DNA from: Actinomycetota bacterium | GTDB lineage: Bacteria; Actinomycetota; Acidimicrobiia; IMCC26256; VFJJ01 | NCBI GenBank assembly: GCA_009886115.1 | Contig: VFJJ01000048.1 | Coordinates: 1-36,948 of the forward strand | DNA: 36,948 nucleotides | Reading direction: 5' to 3' | In this document: positions 9,062 to 16,582 of the stretch, in pieces | How the letters are laid out: each line of letters starts with the position of its first letter | Position numbering within the stretch: position 1 is the first letter of the stretch | Position numbers and translations under genes: made by a program | Notes under the pieces: generated by a model | Database searches by the model: none | The model's input: the letters and a program-made list of their open reading frames with translations, nothing else | Told to the model about the DNA's origin: nothing

Positions 9062-9717
9062 TCACGAGGTGACGACAGCCGGGGGTGGCGACGTCGACGA
9101 GTCCGAGAAGCGCCTCCGACCCACGATGCCGCCGAAGGCCTCGAGGGCTTCCGGATCGGCCACTCGCACCGTCGCTCCCTGAGCGATGACCGTGTCGATG
9201 ATCAGCTCGACGACATCGGGCACGGGTCGGGTGCCGGCACCGCAGCGCGGGCACACCGATGTCGGTGTGAGCACAGCACCGCACGCCGAGCACTGCGCTC
9301 CGGCTGCGCAGTGAACGGGCCACCACGAGCCTGTCGACGTTGCCCAGTGCCATCGCTCCGAGGCACGCGTCCAACCCGGTGAACGACCGGCCCGTGGCAC
9401 CCCGGTCCTCGGCCAGGCGGCGACCGCCGTGGTCTGGCCGGCCGAGCCGCACCGAGGCATCGCCAACGCTGGGACCGGGTCCTGAACACGGCCACCGATC
9501 CTCGGCTCACCACGTGAACGCGCACCGGCGGCGCCGAGACGCTGAGGAGCAGTTGAGGTACGGCTCGTCGGGCCCGGAGCTCGATCGTGAGCCGCCTCCA
9601 CCACGACACCGATCGAACGGGGACGCTCGGATCATGACCCGACGGCACCCGGGCTGACGGTCGGGCCCAGGGCCCGGGAGCAGGCCGATACCGTCGGTCC
9701 TGGCGTGCGAACCTCAT
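9062..9717 (-). pseudogene. Degraded bacterial archaeo-eukaryotic release factor-like (baeRF, eRF1 C-terminal domain) gene
   Basis: TGLDACLGAMALGNVDRLVV in one frame joins CSACG...CPRCG...DVVELIIDTVIAQGATVRV...FGGIVGRRRF in another. An RBS GAGGAG + ATG at 9717 may be the old start. Confidence 0.6.
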
Positions 9718-9949
9718 GACCAGACGCTCCTCACTCAGGTCTTCACGATGCGGCCTTCGACGGCGCAACCTCGGCACGGCGCCAACGCTCGTGCTGGGCT
9801 CGAGCACGGTTCGGTTCCGGCCCTGACTCAAGTCCACACACGACAGACCCGAACAGAAGCCAACGACCCGTCCTGGGGGCAGATGGACCTTGGTCACGTT
9901 CCCGTTTCGACCGAGGTGCACCCAAGCGGTTGGTCGACGGCGACCACAA

Positions 9950-10017
9950 CGGGTCGGTCGGACCGGTCGGGCAGGGCCGCGCGACTCTCACGCCACCGAG
10001 CGGCGACGGGGCACCAT
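9950..10017 (+). promoter_or_regulatory. DevR/OsdR-like boxes and -10 element of the USP operon
   Basis: AGGGCCGCGCGACTCT (9973-9988, 12/16 to AGGGCCGATCGGCCCT), CGGGTCGGTCGGACCG (9950-9965), and CACCAT (10012-10017) 6 nt before the ATG. Confidence 0.6.
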
Positions 10018-10023
10018 CCAGCC

Positions 10024-10491
10024 ATGGACATCGACACGATCGTGGTTGGCCTCGACGGCTCGACCGGCTCCGCACGAGCACTGGGTTGGGCGATCGGCCT
10101 GGCCGAGTTGGTCTCGGCCGAGGTGGTCGCCGTGCACGGCATCGGGCTCCTGAGCCGGGGCGACGACGGGCTGCCCGTCCCCTCCCGGACGATGAGGGCG
10201 GAGATCGAGCGGCGCTGCAGCGAAGAGTGGTCCGAGCCCTTGCGATCATCCGAGATCGCGAGCCGGGTCGAGATCCGTGACGGGCATCCGGTGTCGGTGA
10301 TGCTCGCGGTCATCGAGGCCCTGGGCGCCGATCTGGCCGTGGTGGGATCACGAGGGGTCGGCGGGTTCCCGGAGCTGCTCCTCGGCAGCACGAGCCACCA
10401 GCTGACCCAGCACTGTCCGGTGCCGGTCGTGATCATCCCGCCCCGCGACGGCCCGGTGGGTCGCTCCGAGCTCGGAGGCCGACGGCCATGA
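10024..10491 (+). CDS. Universal stress protein (single USP domain)
   Basis: IVVGLDGS...ALGWA, DGHP, VVGSRGVGGFPELLLGSTSHQLTQHCPVPVVIIP. Confidence 0.93.
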   Translation: MDIDTIVVGLDGSTGSARALGWAIGLAELVSAEVVAVHGIGLLSRGDDGLPVPSRTMRAEIERRCSEEWSEPLRSSEIASRVEIRDGHPVSVMLAVIEALGADLAVVGSRGVGGFPELLLGSTSHQLTQHCPVPVVIIPPRDGPVGRSELGGRRP

Positions 10492-11129
10492 ACGCCAGGT
10501 TCTCGCACCATTGCGGGTCGCTCGCCGTTGCCGTGGTCGTGGCCCTGATCGTGGCAGCGGCGTGCGGCGATGACGACGAGCCCTCGTCGGCCGACTCGAC
10601 CAGCACCAGCACCAGCACCAGCGCCAGCACCAGCCCCAGCGCCACGACGGCCACCACGGGCGGCGCCACGACAACACCGACGACCCTCCCGCCGGAAACG
10701 GGCCCGAGCACGGCACCATCGCCGACCACACCGGCCACCCCCACGGGCGACGCCGGCGCGGCCACGGCCGAGATCACCGACGCCTTCACCGTCTTCTTCG
10801 ACGGCCTGAACCTCGACGTCGACGCGAAGGTCGCCCGCCTCGAGGACGGCGAGCGGTTCCGAACGATGCTCGAGGACGCCACGGCCGATCCCCAAGCCCA
10901 ACAGCTCAGCGTCCGGGTCGAGTCCGTCACGCTCCTGAGCGACGATGCATGCCCGACCCGGGGCGTGGCGGCACCATGCGCCGAGGTGGTGCACGACCTG
11001 ATCGTGGGTACCCTGCCGGCGCTCGTCGGCAACGTCGGCCTGGCCGTGGCAACCGACGACACCTGGAGGGTGTCGGCCCGGACGTGGTGCGAGCTCGTCG
11101 TGATCGGCGGTGCCGAGTGCCCAGGGTGA
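10488..11129 (+). CDS. Lipoprotein with Ser/Thr-rich linker and a small four-Cys C-terminal domain
   Basis: Hydrophobic signal + VAAAC lipobox, STSTST/TTPTT linker, C-terminal WRVSARTWC...ECPG. ATGA overlap with USP. Confidence 0.8.
   Translation: MNARFSHHCGSLAVAVVVALIVAAACGDDDEPSSADSTSTSTSTSASTSPSATTATTGGATTTPTTLPPETGPSTAPSPTTPATPTGDAGAATAEITDAFTVFFDGLNLDVDAKVARLEDGERFRTMLEDATADPQAQQLSVRVESVTLLSDDACPTRGVAAPCAEVVHDLIVGTLPALVGNVGLAVATDDTWRVSARTWCELVVIGGAECPG
10599..10640 (+). repeat. In-frame hexamer tandem repeat (NCCAGC x7) encoding the Thr-Ser linker
   Basis: ACCAGC x4, GCCAGC, ACCAGC, CCCAGC. Confidence 0.85.
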
Positions 11130-11196
11130 GCACCCCGGTGCGTCGCCCGTTCGCCGTCACACGACCGGCACGAGTGCGAGGGCCCGACCGGTGACC

Positions 11197-12309
11197 ATGT
11201 TCAGCCTCGTGGTCAAGAACCTCCTGACCAGGCGCGCTCGTTCGATCCTGACCGCGTCGGCCGTCGCCATCGGGGTGATGACCGTCGTGGCCTTGGGCGT
11301 GCTGACGTTCAGCCTGCGGGAGACCGCGATCTCGATCCTCCGCACGGGCAAGGCCGATTTCACGGTCGCCCAGGAAGGCGTCTCCGACCTGCTCTACAGC
11401 GCGCTCGACGTCGGTGATCTCCAACGGATCTCGGCGCACCCCGAGGTCGAGAGCGCGATCGGGGTGCTCGTGGCCACCGTCGACCTCGACGACGAGCACC
11501 CGCTGTTCCTCGAGCTGGGACTCGAGCCGGAAGGGTTGGAGGAGTTCGGTGTACGCGTGGTCGACGGCCGGCGCTACGCGGCCGACGCCGAGAACGAGGT
11601 GATGCTCGGCTACCGGATCGCCGCCGATCTCGACAAGGGCGTCGGGGACTCGATCGACATCGACGACAGCGCGTTCGAGGTCGTCGGGCTCTTCGCGACC
11701 GGCCAGGTGTTCGGCGACTCGGCGGCGATGATGCCGTTGCGGCCGCTCCAGGCCCGCGAGCGCAAACCGGGTGCGCTGACGCTGGCCTTCGTGCGGGTCG
11801 ACCCCTCAGCCGACATCGAATCACTCCGCACGGCGATCGAGGACGAGAGCCCCCAACTCGCGACCGTGCGGACCGAGTCGGATTTCGGGCGGGTCGATCG
11901 GAACCTGGCTCTGCTCAACGCGGCCAACTTCGGCGGATCGATCCTGGCGCTGTTGATCGGCGCCGTCGGGGTGATGAACACCACCCTCTTGTCGTTCTTC
12001 GAGCGCACCCGGGAGTTCGGAGTGCTCAGAGCCATCGGCTGGAGTCGACGCCGGCTGCTGGTGTTGGTCGTCGGCGAGGCCCTGATCGTCAGCCTCTTCG
12101 GAGCCGGCGCCGGGGTGGGTCTGGGCTTCGCCGCGGTGGCGTTCCTCGAGCGCCTCCCCGACCTGCTCGGCGTCTTCCGCCCGGAGTTCACCTCGGCGGT
12201 GTTCGGACGGGCACTCGGCTTCGCGTTCGGGATGACCTTCCTCGGAGCCCTGTACCCGGCGTTGCGGGCCGTGCGCCTCCTCCCGATCGAGGCCGTGCGC
12301 CATGAGTGA
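11197..12309 (+). CDS. MacB/FtsX-type ABC transporter permease
   Basis: KNLLTRRARSILT, a large extracytoplasmic loop, ERTREFGVLRAIGW, LYPALRAVRLLPIEAVRHE. Confidence 0.92.
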   Translation: MFSLVVKNLLTRRARSILTASAVAIGVMTVVALGVLTFSLRETAISILRTGKADFTVAQEGVSDLLYSALDVGDLQRISAHPEVESAIGVLVATVDLDDEHPLFLELGLEPEGLEEFGVRVVDGRRYAADAENEVMLGYRIAADLDKGVGDSIDIDDSAFEVVGLFATGQVFGDSAAMMPLRPLQARERKPGALTLAFVRVDPSADIESLRTAIEDESPQLATVRTESDFGRVDRNLALLNAANFGGSILALLIGAVGVMNTTLLSFFERTREFGVLRAIGWSRRRLLVLVVGEALIVSLFGAGAGVGLGFAAVAFLERLPDLLGVFRPEFTSAVFGRALGFAFGMTFLGALYPALRAVRLLPIEAVRHE

Positions 12310-12994
12310 CCTGGCGCAACCGATGATCGAGGTGTTCGACGTGGCCAAGGACTACGACCACGGGACGATTCGCGCCCTCGACGGGGTCTCGCTGACGGTG
12401 GATCGCGGCGAGTTCGTCGCCGTGACCGGACGTTCGGGCTGCGGGAAGTCGACCCTGTTGCATCTCCTCGCCGCGCTCGACCGGCCCAGCCGGGGACGGA
12501 TCGTGGTCGACGGCCGCGACCTCGTCCAACGAGGCGACCTCGACGAGTTCCGGCGCCGGGAGATCGGCCTGGTCTTCCAGCTCCACCATCTCCTTGCCCA
12601 CCTGGACGCGACCGAGAACCTCGAGGTCGCCATGATGGGAACCCACCGCAGGCGCGCCGAGAAGCGGGTGCGGGCGTTGGAGCTGCTCGATGCCGTCGAT
12701 CTCGGCGCTCGGGCGACCATGCGGCCCCCGCGCCTCTCGGGGGGTGAGCGCCAACGGCTGGCCATCGCCCGGGCCCTGGTGAACGAGCCCGGGATCCTGT
12801 TGGCCGACGAGCCGACCGGCGCGCTCGACACCCGTTCGATCGACAGCGTGCTGGCGCTGTTCCGCCGCATCCGGGACGAGCGGGGGACGACGATCGTCCT
12901 CGTGACCCACGATCCCACGGTGTCGGCCGCCACCGACCGGATCGTCGAGATGCGAGACGGGCGCATCGTCGACAGGGGGGTCTCGACGGCGTGA
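12302..12994 (+). CDS. ABC transporter ATP-binding protein (LolD/MacB type)
   Basis: GRSGCGKST, LSGGERQR, LADEPTGALD, VTHD. Confidence 0.95.
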   Translation: MSDLAQPMIEVFDVAKDYDHGTIRALDGVSLTVDRGEFVAVTGRSGCGKSTLLHLLAALDRPSRGRIVVDGRDLVQRGDLDEFRRREIGLVFQLHHLLAHLDATENLEVAMMGTHRRRAEKRVRALELLDAVDLGARATMRPPRLSGGERQRLAIARALVNEPGILLADEPTGALDTRSIDSVLALFRRIRDERGTTIVLVTHDPTVSAATDRIVEMRDGRIVDRGVSTA

Positions 12995-13005
12995 GGCGAT
13001 CGCGG

Positions 13006-13704
13006 TCAGATCAGGACGGGCATCGGGATCGGGGTCGGCGCATCGGCTTCGAAGCGAGCCATCGCGTAGCGGAACGAGACGACCGATGCCACGACGGCCC
13101 CCCCGACGAGCACCAACGACAGCACCCCCTTCAACATGACGAACTGGGCGAACGGCACGCGCTCGAACATCCAGATCGTGACCGCCGCCTTGGTGACGTT
13201 GACACCCGCCCATCCGAGCGAGAGTCGGCGAAAGTAGCGACCCACGTGCAGATCGCCGAGGAGGTGCCCGGGTACCGGGCAGAAGTCGTTCGCCAGCCGC
13301 CACGCGAGGGGGCGGGCGGTGAACGCCGACGCGAAGAAGATCAGGCCGACCAGCAGCGTCACCACGACCGGCTGGAGGAAGTACACGAGCGTGTCACCGG
13401 TGACCACGGCGAAGAGCGTTCGAGCCGTGAGCGTGCACGTGCTCAGCACGAGGAGCCCCGAGACCCGTCGCCGCCTCGCGGCTCTCAGCCCCACCGCTGC
13501 GAGCGTCCAGGCCAGCGCCGCCAACAGCCCGAACCGCAGCCCCGAGAGGTGCAGACCGCCGGCGAGCACGAGATAGGGGACGAGCGAGCCCTCGATCAGG
13601 CTCGGTGTCGCCCGCCGTCCGATACCTCGAAGCGGGGGCATCGAGAACGCCACGGGAGGGGCGGCGCAGGTGTCGAGGTCGTCCTCCAGCGTGGCGGCGC
13701 TCAT
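13006..13704 (-). CDS. Polytopic membrane protein (VC0807/DUF3159-like)
   Basis: About six hydrophobic segments; YFLQPV, RPLAWRLANDF, FRRLSLGW. Confidence 0.7.
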   Translation of the reverse strand: MSAATLEDDLDTCAAPPVAFSMPPLRGIGRRATPSLIEGSLVPYLVLAGGLHLSGLRFGLLAALAWTLAAVGLRAARRRRVSGLLVLSTCTLTARTLFAVVTGDTLVYFLQPVVVTLLVGLIFFASAFTARPLAWRLANDFCPVPGHLLGDLHVGRYFRRLSLGWAGVNVTKAAVTIWMFERVPFAQFVMLKGVLSLVLVGGAVVASVVSFRYAMARFEADAPTPIPMPVLI

Positions 13705-13820
13705 GGACCTCGGGCCCTCGTCCCTGTCGTCGGTACCGAATCGTGAACCGGCACCTCATGGGAGCGGGCTCGATGTTGCGACGAATTCTACACCCGTTCC
13801 AGCCCCTCCCCTCCGCGGGC

Positions 13821-14549
13821 GTGAGCACCGCTCCGAGGCGGCGCTGGCGCGACGGCGATCGACTGGTCCTCCGACAATTCCTCTTCGTCGGCGTGGCCAT
13901 CGCCGTGTACTTCGGTGTCCGCGGCCTCACCGAAGGCAGCCGCGCCCTCGCCGTCTCCAATGCCCGGCACCTGGTGCGTCTCGAGGAGCGGCTGGGGCTG
14001 GCCTGGGAGCCGGACCTGCGAGAGCTCGTCCTCCGACATCACGAGCTCGTGACCCTGGCCAACTGGGTCTACATCTGGGGACACTGGCCCCTGATCATCC
14101 CGAGCCTGATCTGGCTCTACACCATGCGGCGCATCAACTACTTCTGGCTCCGTGACGCCATGGTCATCTCGGGGGCGATCGGGTTGCTGGTGTTCGCGGC
14201 CTTCCCGGTGTCGCCGCCCCGCCTGACCGACCGCGCCGTCGTCGACACCGTCACCGAATGGTCGCACGCGTACCGTGTTCTGCAGCCTCCCGGTTTCGTG
14301 AACCGCTACGCAGCGCTGCCGAGCCTGCACGCCGGCTGGAACGTGATCCTGGGAATCGTGATGTTCCGCTCGGTTCGCAGCGTGACAGCGCGGGTCTTCG
14401 CGATCGTCGCGCCGATCGCCATGAGCGTCGCGGTGATCGCCACGGCGAACCACTATGTGATCGACGTCGTGCTGGGGATCGCCTTCGGCCTCGGCGGCCT
14501 CGCGCTGTCGGCCCGGCATCACAAGGTGGAGCAGGCACGCTCGGGCTGA
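13821..14549 (+). CDS. PAP2 superfamily membrane phosphatase/phosphotransferase (PAP2_3, AUR1-like)
   Basis: FPVSPPRL, NRYAALPSLHAGW, TANHYVIDV. Start uncertain (13758/13773/13821). Confidence 0.88.
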   Translation: MSTAPRRRWRDGDRLVLRQFLFVGVAIAVYFGVRGLTEGSRALAVSNARHLVRLEERLGLAWEPDLRELVLRHHELVTLANWVYIWGHWPLIIPSLIWLYTMRRINYFWLRDAMVISGAIGLLVFAAFPVSPPRLTDRAVVDTVTEWSHAYRVLQPPGFVNRYAALPSLHAGWNVILGIVMFRSVRSVTARVFAIVAPIAMSVAVIATANHYVIDVVLGIAFGLGGLALSARHHKVEQARSG

Positions 14550-14573
14550 GCGTCAGCCGAGATCGGTGCCTCC

Positions 14574-15236
14574 TCAGCTCCCTCGACGACGATCGTCGAT
14601 CACCCGGCGGGCCAGATCGAGGTCGTCGGTGATCAGGCCGTTCACGCCCAACGCCAGGAGTCGACCTGCGGTTTCGGGATCGTTGACGGGCCACGTCGCG
14701 ACAAGATCGGCCATGGCGCGCAGGGCCCCGACCGTCTGCGAATCGAGCGCCCTGGCGTGAACCGAGACACCGTGGACGTGCCGGCCGTGCAGGTGGCGAC
14801 GAAGCCGCTCGACCTGCCTGAGCGTCCCGGCCGAGTAGATCACGTCGACACCGGCGACGTCGACGATGGCATCGAGGTACGGCCACCACCGGGCGCACAC
14901 GCTCACCTGCTCGACCCCGTGGGCGCGGACGGTGTCGACGATCATCGCGGGCAGACGCCGGTTGCGGCCCTTGAGATCCAACAGTAGGTGGGTGCCCCGC
15001 GCGGCGTCGAGGAGCGAACCCAGGTACAGGCGCGGGCTCCACGGCGATCGCACCTCCCAGCGATCCCACAGCAGCGGGACGGGTCCCAGGGTCTTCAGAT
15101 GCCTGACCTCGAGCCGCCCGCGGAACAGGTGGATGTCGGCCTCGACCAGGTCGACGGCCGTCGCCCGAGCCCGGTCGAGCCGATCGAGGTCGTTGCCGGC
15201 CCGGTGGGCGATCACGACGGGGCCTTCAGCGACCAC
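14574..15236 (-). CDS. Glycerophosphodiester phosphodiesterase (GDPD) family protein
   Basis: VIAHRAGN, VEADIH, VRH, LLDLK, TWPVND, GVNGLITD. Confidence 0.85.
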   Translation of the reverse strand: MVAEGPVVIAHRAGNDLDRLDRARATAVDLVEADIHLFRGRLEVRHLKTLGPVPLLWDRWEVRSPWSPRLYLGSLLDAARGTHLLLDLKGRNRRLPAMIVDTVRAHGVEQVSVCARWWPYLDAIVDVAGVDVIYSAGTLRQVERLRRHLHGRHVHGVSVHARALDSQTVGALRAMADLVATWPVNDPETAGRLLALGVNGLITDDLDLARRVIDDRRRGS

Positions 15237-15276
15237 GGGGTCCCGACCGCCCTGCCCTCGCGACTTCGGGAGACGA

Positions 15277-15321
15277 AGCGACGTTCGACCCTGCCCGACC
15301 CGGGCGACCGAGGAGCACCAT
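15277..15321 (+). promoter_or_regulatory. DevR/OsdR-like box and -10 of the Rv0571c-like gene
   Basis: AGCGACGTTCGACCCT (15277-15292, 12/16) followed 23 nt later by CACCAT (15316-15321), the same geometry as the USP promoter. Confidence 0.55.
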
Positions 15322-15350
15322 GGGACCAGTTCATCACGAGAGGAGCGGTC

Positions 15351-15649
15351 ATGGTGGTTCACAGGTTCCTGGACCGGGTCGACGCCGGGCGACGCCTCGC
15401 CGAGCGGCGCGAGGCGGGCGCCCCGACCTGGCGGCCGAGCACCTCCACGACGTGCGCTCCCCCACCCTGCTCATCGTGGGGGGCCGGGACTCGATCGTGG
15501 TCGACCTCAACCGGGTCGCAGCACGACACCTCCGGGCCGAGCATCGACTCGAGATCGTCCCCGGCGCGACCCACCTCTTCGAGGAACCGGGCGCGCTCGC
15601 CCAGGTGGCGCATCTCGCCACGAGCTGGTTCCTGGCCCACTGCACGTGA
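15351..15649 (+). pseudogene. Phosphoribosyltransferase/dienelactone-hydrolase fusion (Rv0571c-like), collapsed by a large internal deletion
   Basis: RBS GAGGAG + MVVHRFLDRVDAGRRLAER (PRTase N-terminus) joined out of frame at ~15407 to RGGRPDLA...PTLLIVGGRD...VPGATHLFEEPGAL (hydrolase C-terminus). Confidence 0.8.
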
Positions 15650-15707
15650 TCAACCACCGGGTCCGTGCTGGCGACCCGGGCTGCCAGCTTGCCTCAGCGA
15701 GCCCTGG

Positions 15708-16376
15708 TCACCTCGGTGAGCGCGCAATCCGCTGGTGGGCGTGGCGCTCGTCGAGCCTCGCCGCCAGCGCGGCGACCTCGGTGCGCCGGCTCAGGCCCAG
15801 CTTGGCGAGCAGGTTCGACACGTAGTTCTTGATCGTCTTCTCGGCCAGGTACATGCGCTCGGCGATCTGCCGGTTGGTGAGGCCCTCGCCGATGAGGACC
15901 AGGAGGCGGCGCTCCTGCGCGGTCAACGCCGACAGCTCGCCGCGATCGCCATCGGTCGCGGCGACGCGCTCGAGCGCCGCCGCCATCACCCTTGCGTCGA
16001 GCAGCGATTCGCCGGCGGCGACGCGCCGGATCGACGAGACGAGCTCCGATCCGCGGATCTGCTTGAGCACGAATCCCGATGCTCCGGCCATGATCGCGCC
16101 CAGCAGCGCCTCGTCGTCGGCGTACGACGTGAGCATCAGGCAGCGCACCTCGGGGTGAAGCGACCTGATCTCGCGGCACACCTCGACGCCGTTGCCGTCC
16201 GCGAGGTTCACGTCGAGCACCGCGACGTCGGGTCGGGTCGACGAGACCCCGCGGAGGGCATCGTCCGCTGTTGCCGCCTCGCCGACGACCTCGAGGTCGT
16301 GCTCCAGGTCGACGAGCTCTCGGACGCCGCGTCGCACGATCTCGTGGTCGTCGAGCAGGAAGACACGAGTGCCCAT
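15708..16376 (-). CDS. devR: NarL/LuxR-family response regulator, DevR/DosR/OsdR-like
   Basis: RVFLLDDHEIVRRG, AVLDV, CLMLTSYADDEAL, GASGFVLKQIRG, GLTNRQIAERMYLAEKTIKNYVSNLLAKLG. Confidence 0.9.
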   Translation of the reverse strand: MGTRVFLLDDHEIVRRGVRELVDLEHDLEVVGEAATADDALRGVSSTRPDVAVLDVNLADGNGVEVCREIRSLHPEVRCLMLTSYADDEALLGAIMAGASGFVLKQIRGSELVSSIRRVAAGESLLDARVMAAALERVAATDGDRGELSALTAQERRLLVLIGEGLTNRQIAERMYLAEKTIKNYVSNLLAKLGLSRRTEVAALAARLDERHAHQRIARSPR

Positions 16377-16490
16377 GGCCATCGCCTTGGTCGAGAAGGC
16401 GAGGCGCGACGGCCTCACCTTCGAGGTGGCTGCCGCACCCATCAGCGCGGACCGGTCTCTCGATCATCGTCTGCACCGGACCGGCCGGGA

Positions 16491-16576
16491 AGTCCCGAAG
16501 GTCATGCTCGAAGTGCCGAAAGGCCCAAGGGACCGGAGTTGCGGCCCTGGAGCCGACGGTGCGACCGCCCTAGCGT
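16491..16576. promoter_or_regulatory. Phased DevR/OsdR-like boxes in the divergent devR / acyl-CoA ligase promoter, with a leaderless -10
   Basis: Sites at 16491-16506, 16512-16527 (AGTGCCGAAAGGCCCA, 12/16) and 16533-16548, 21 bp apart and centred -84.5/-63.5/-42.5 from ATG 16583. TAGCGT (16571-16576) lies 6 nt before the ATG. Confidence 0.65.
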
Positions 16577-16582
16577 GCGCTC

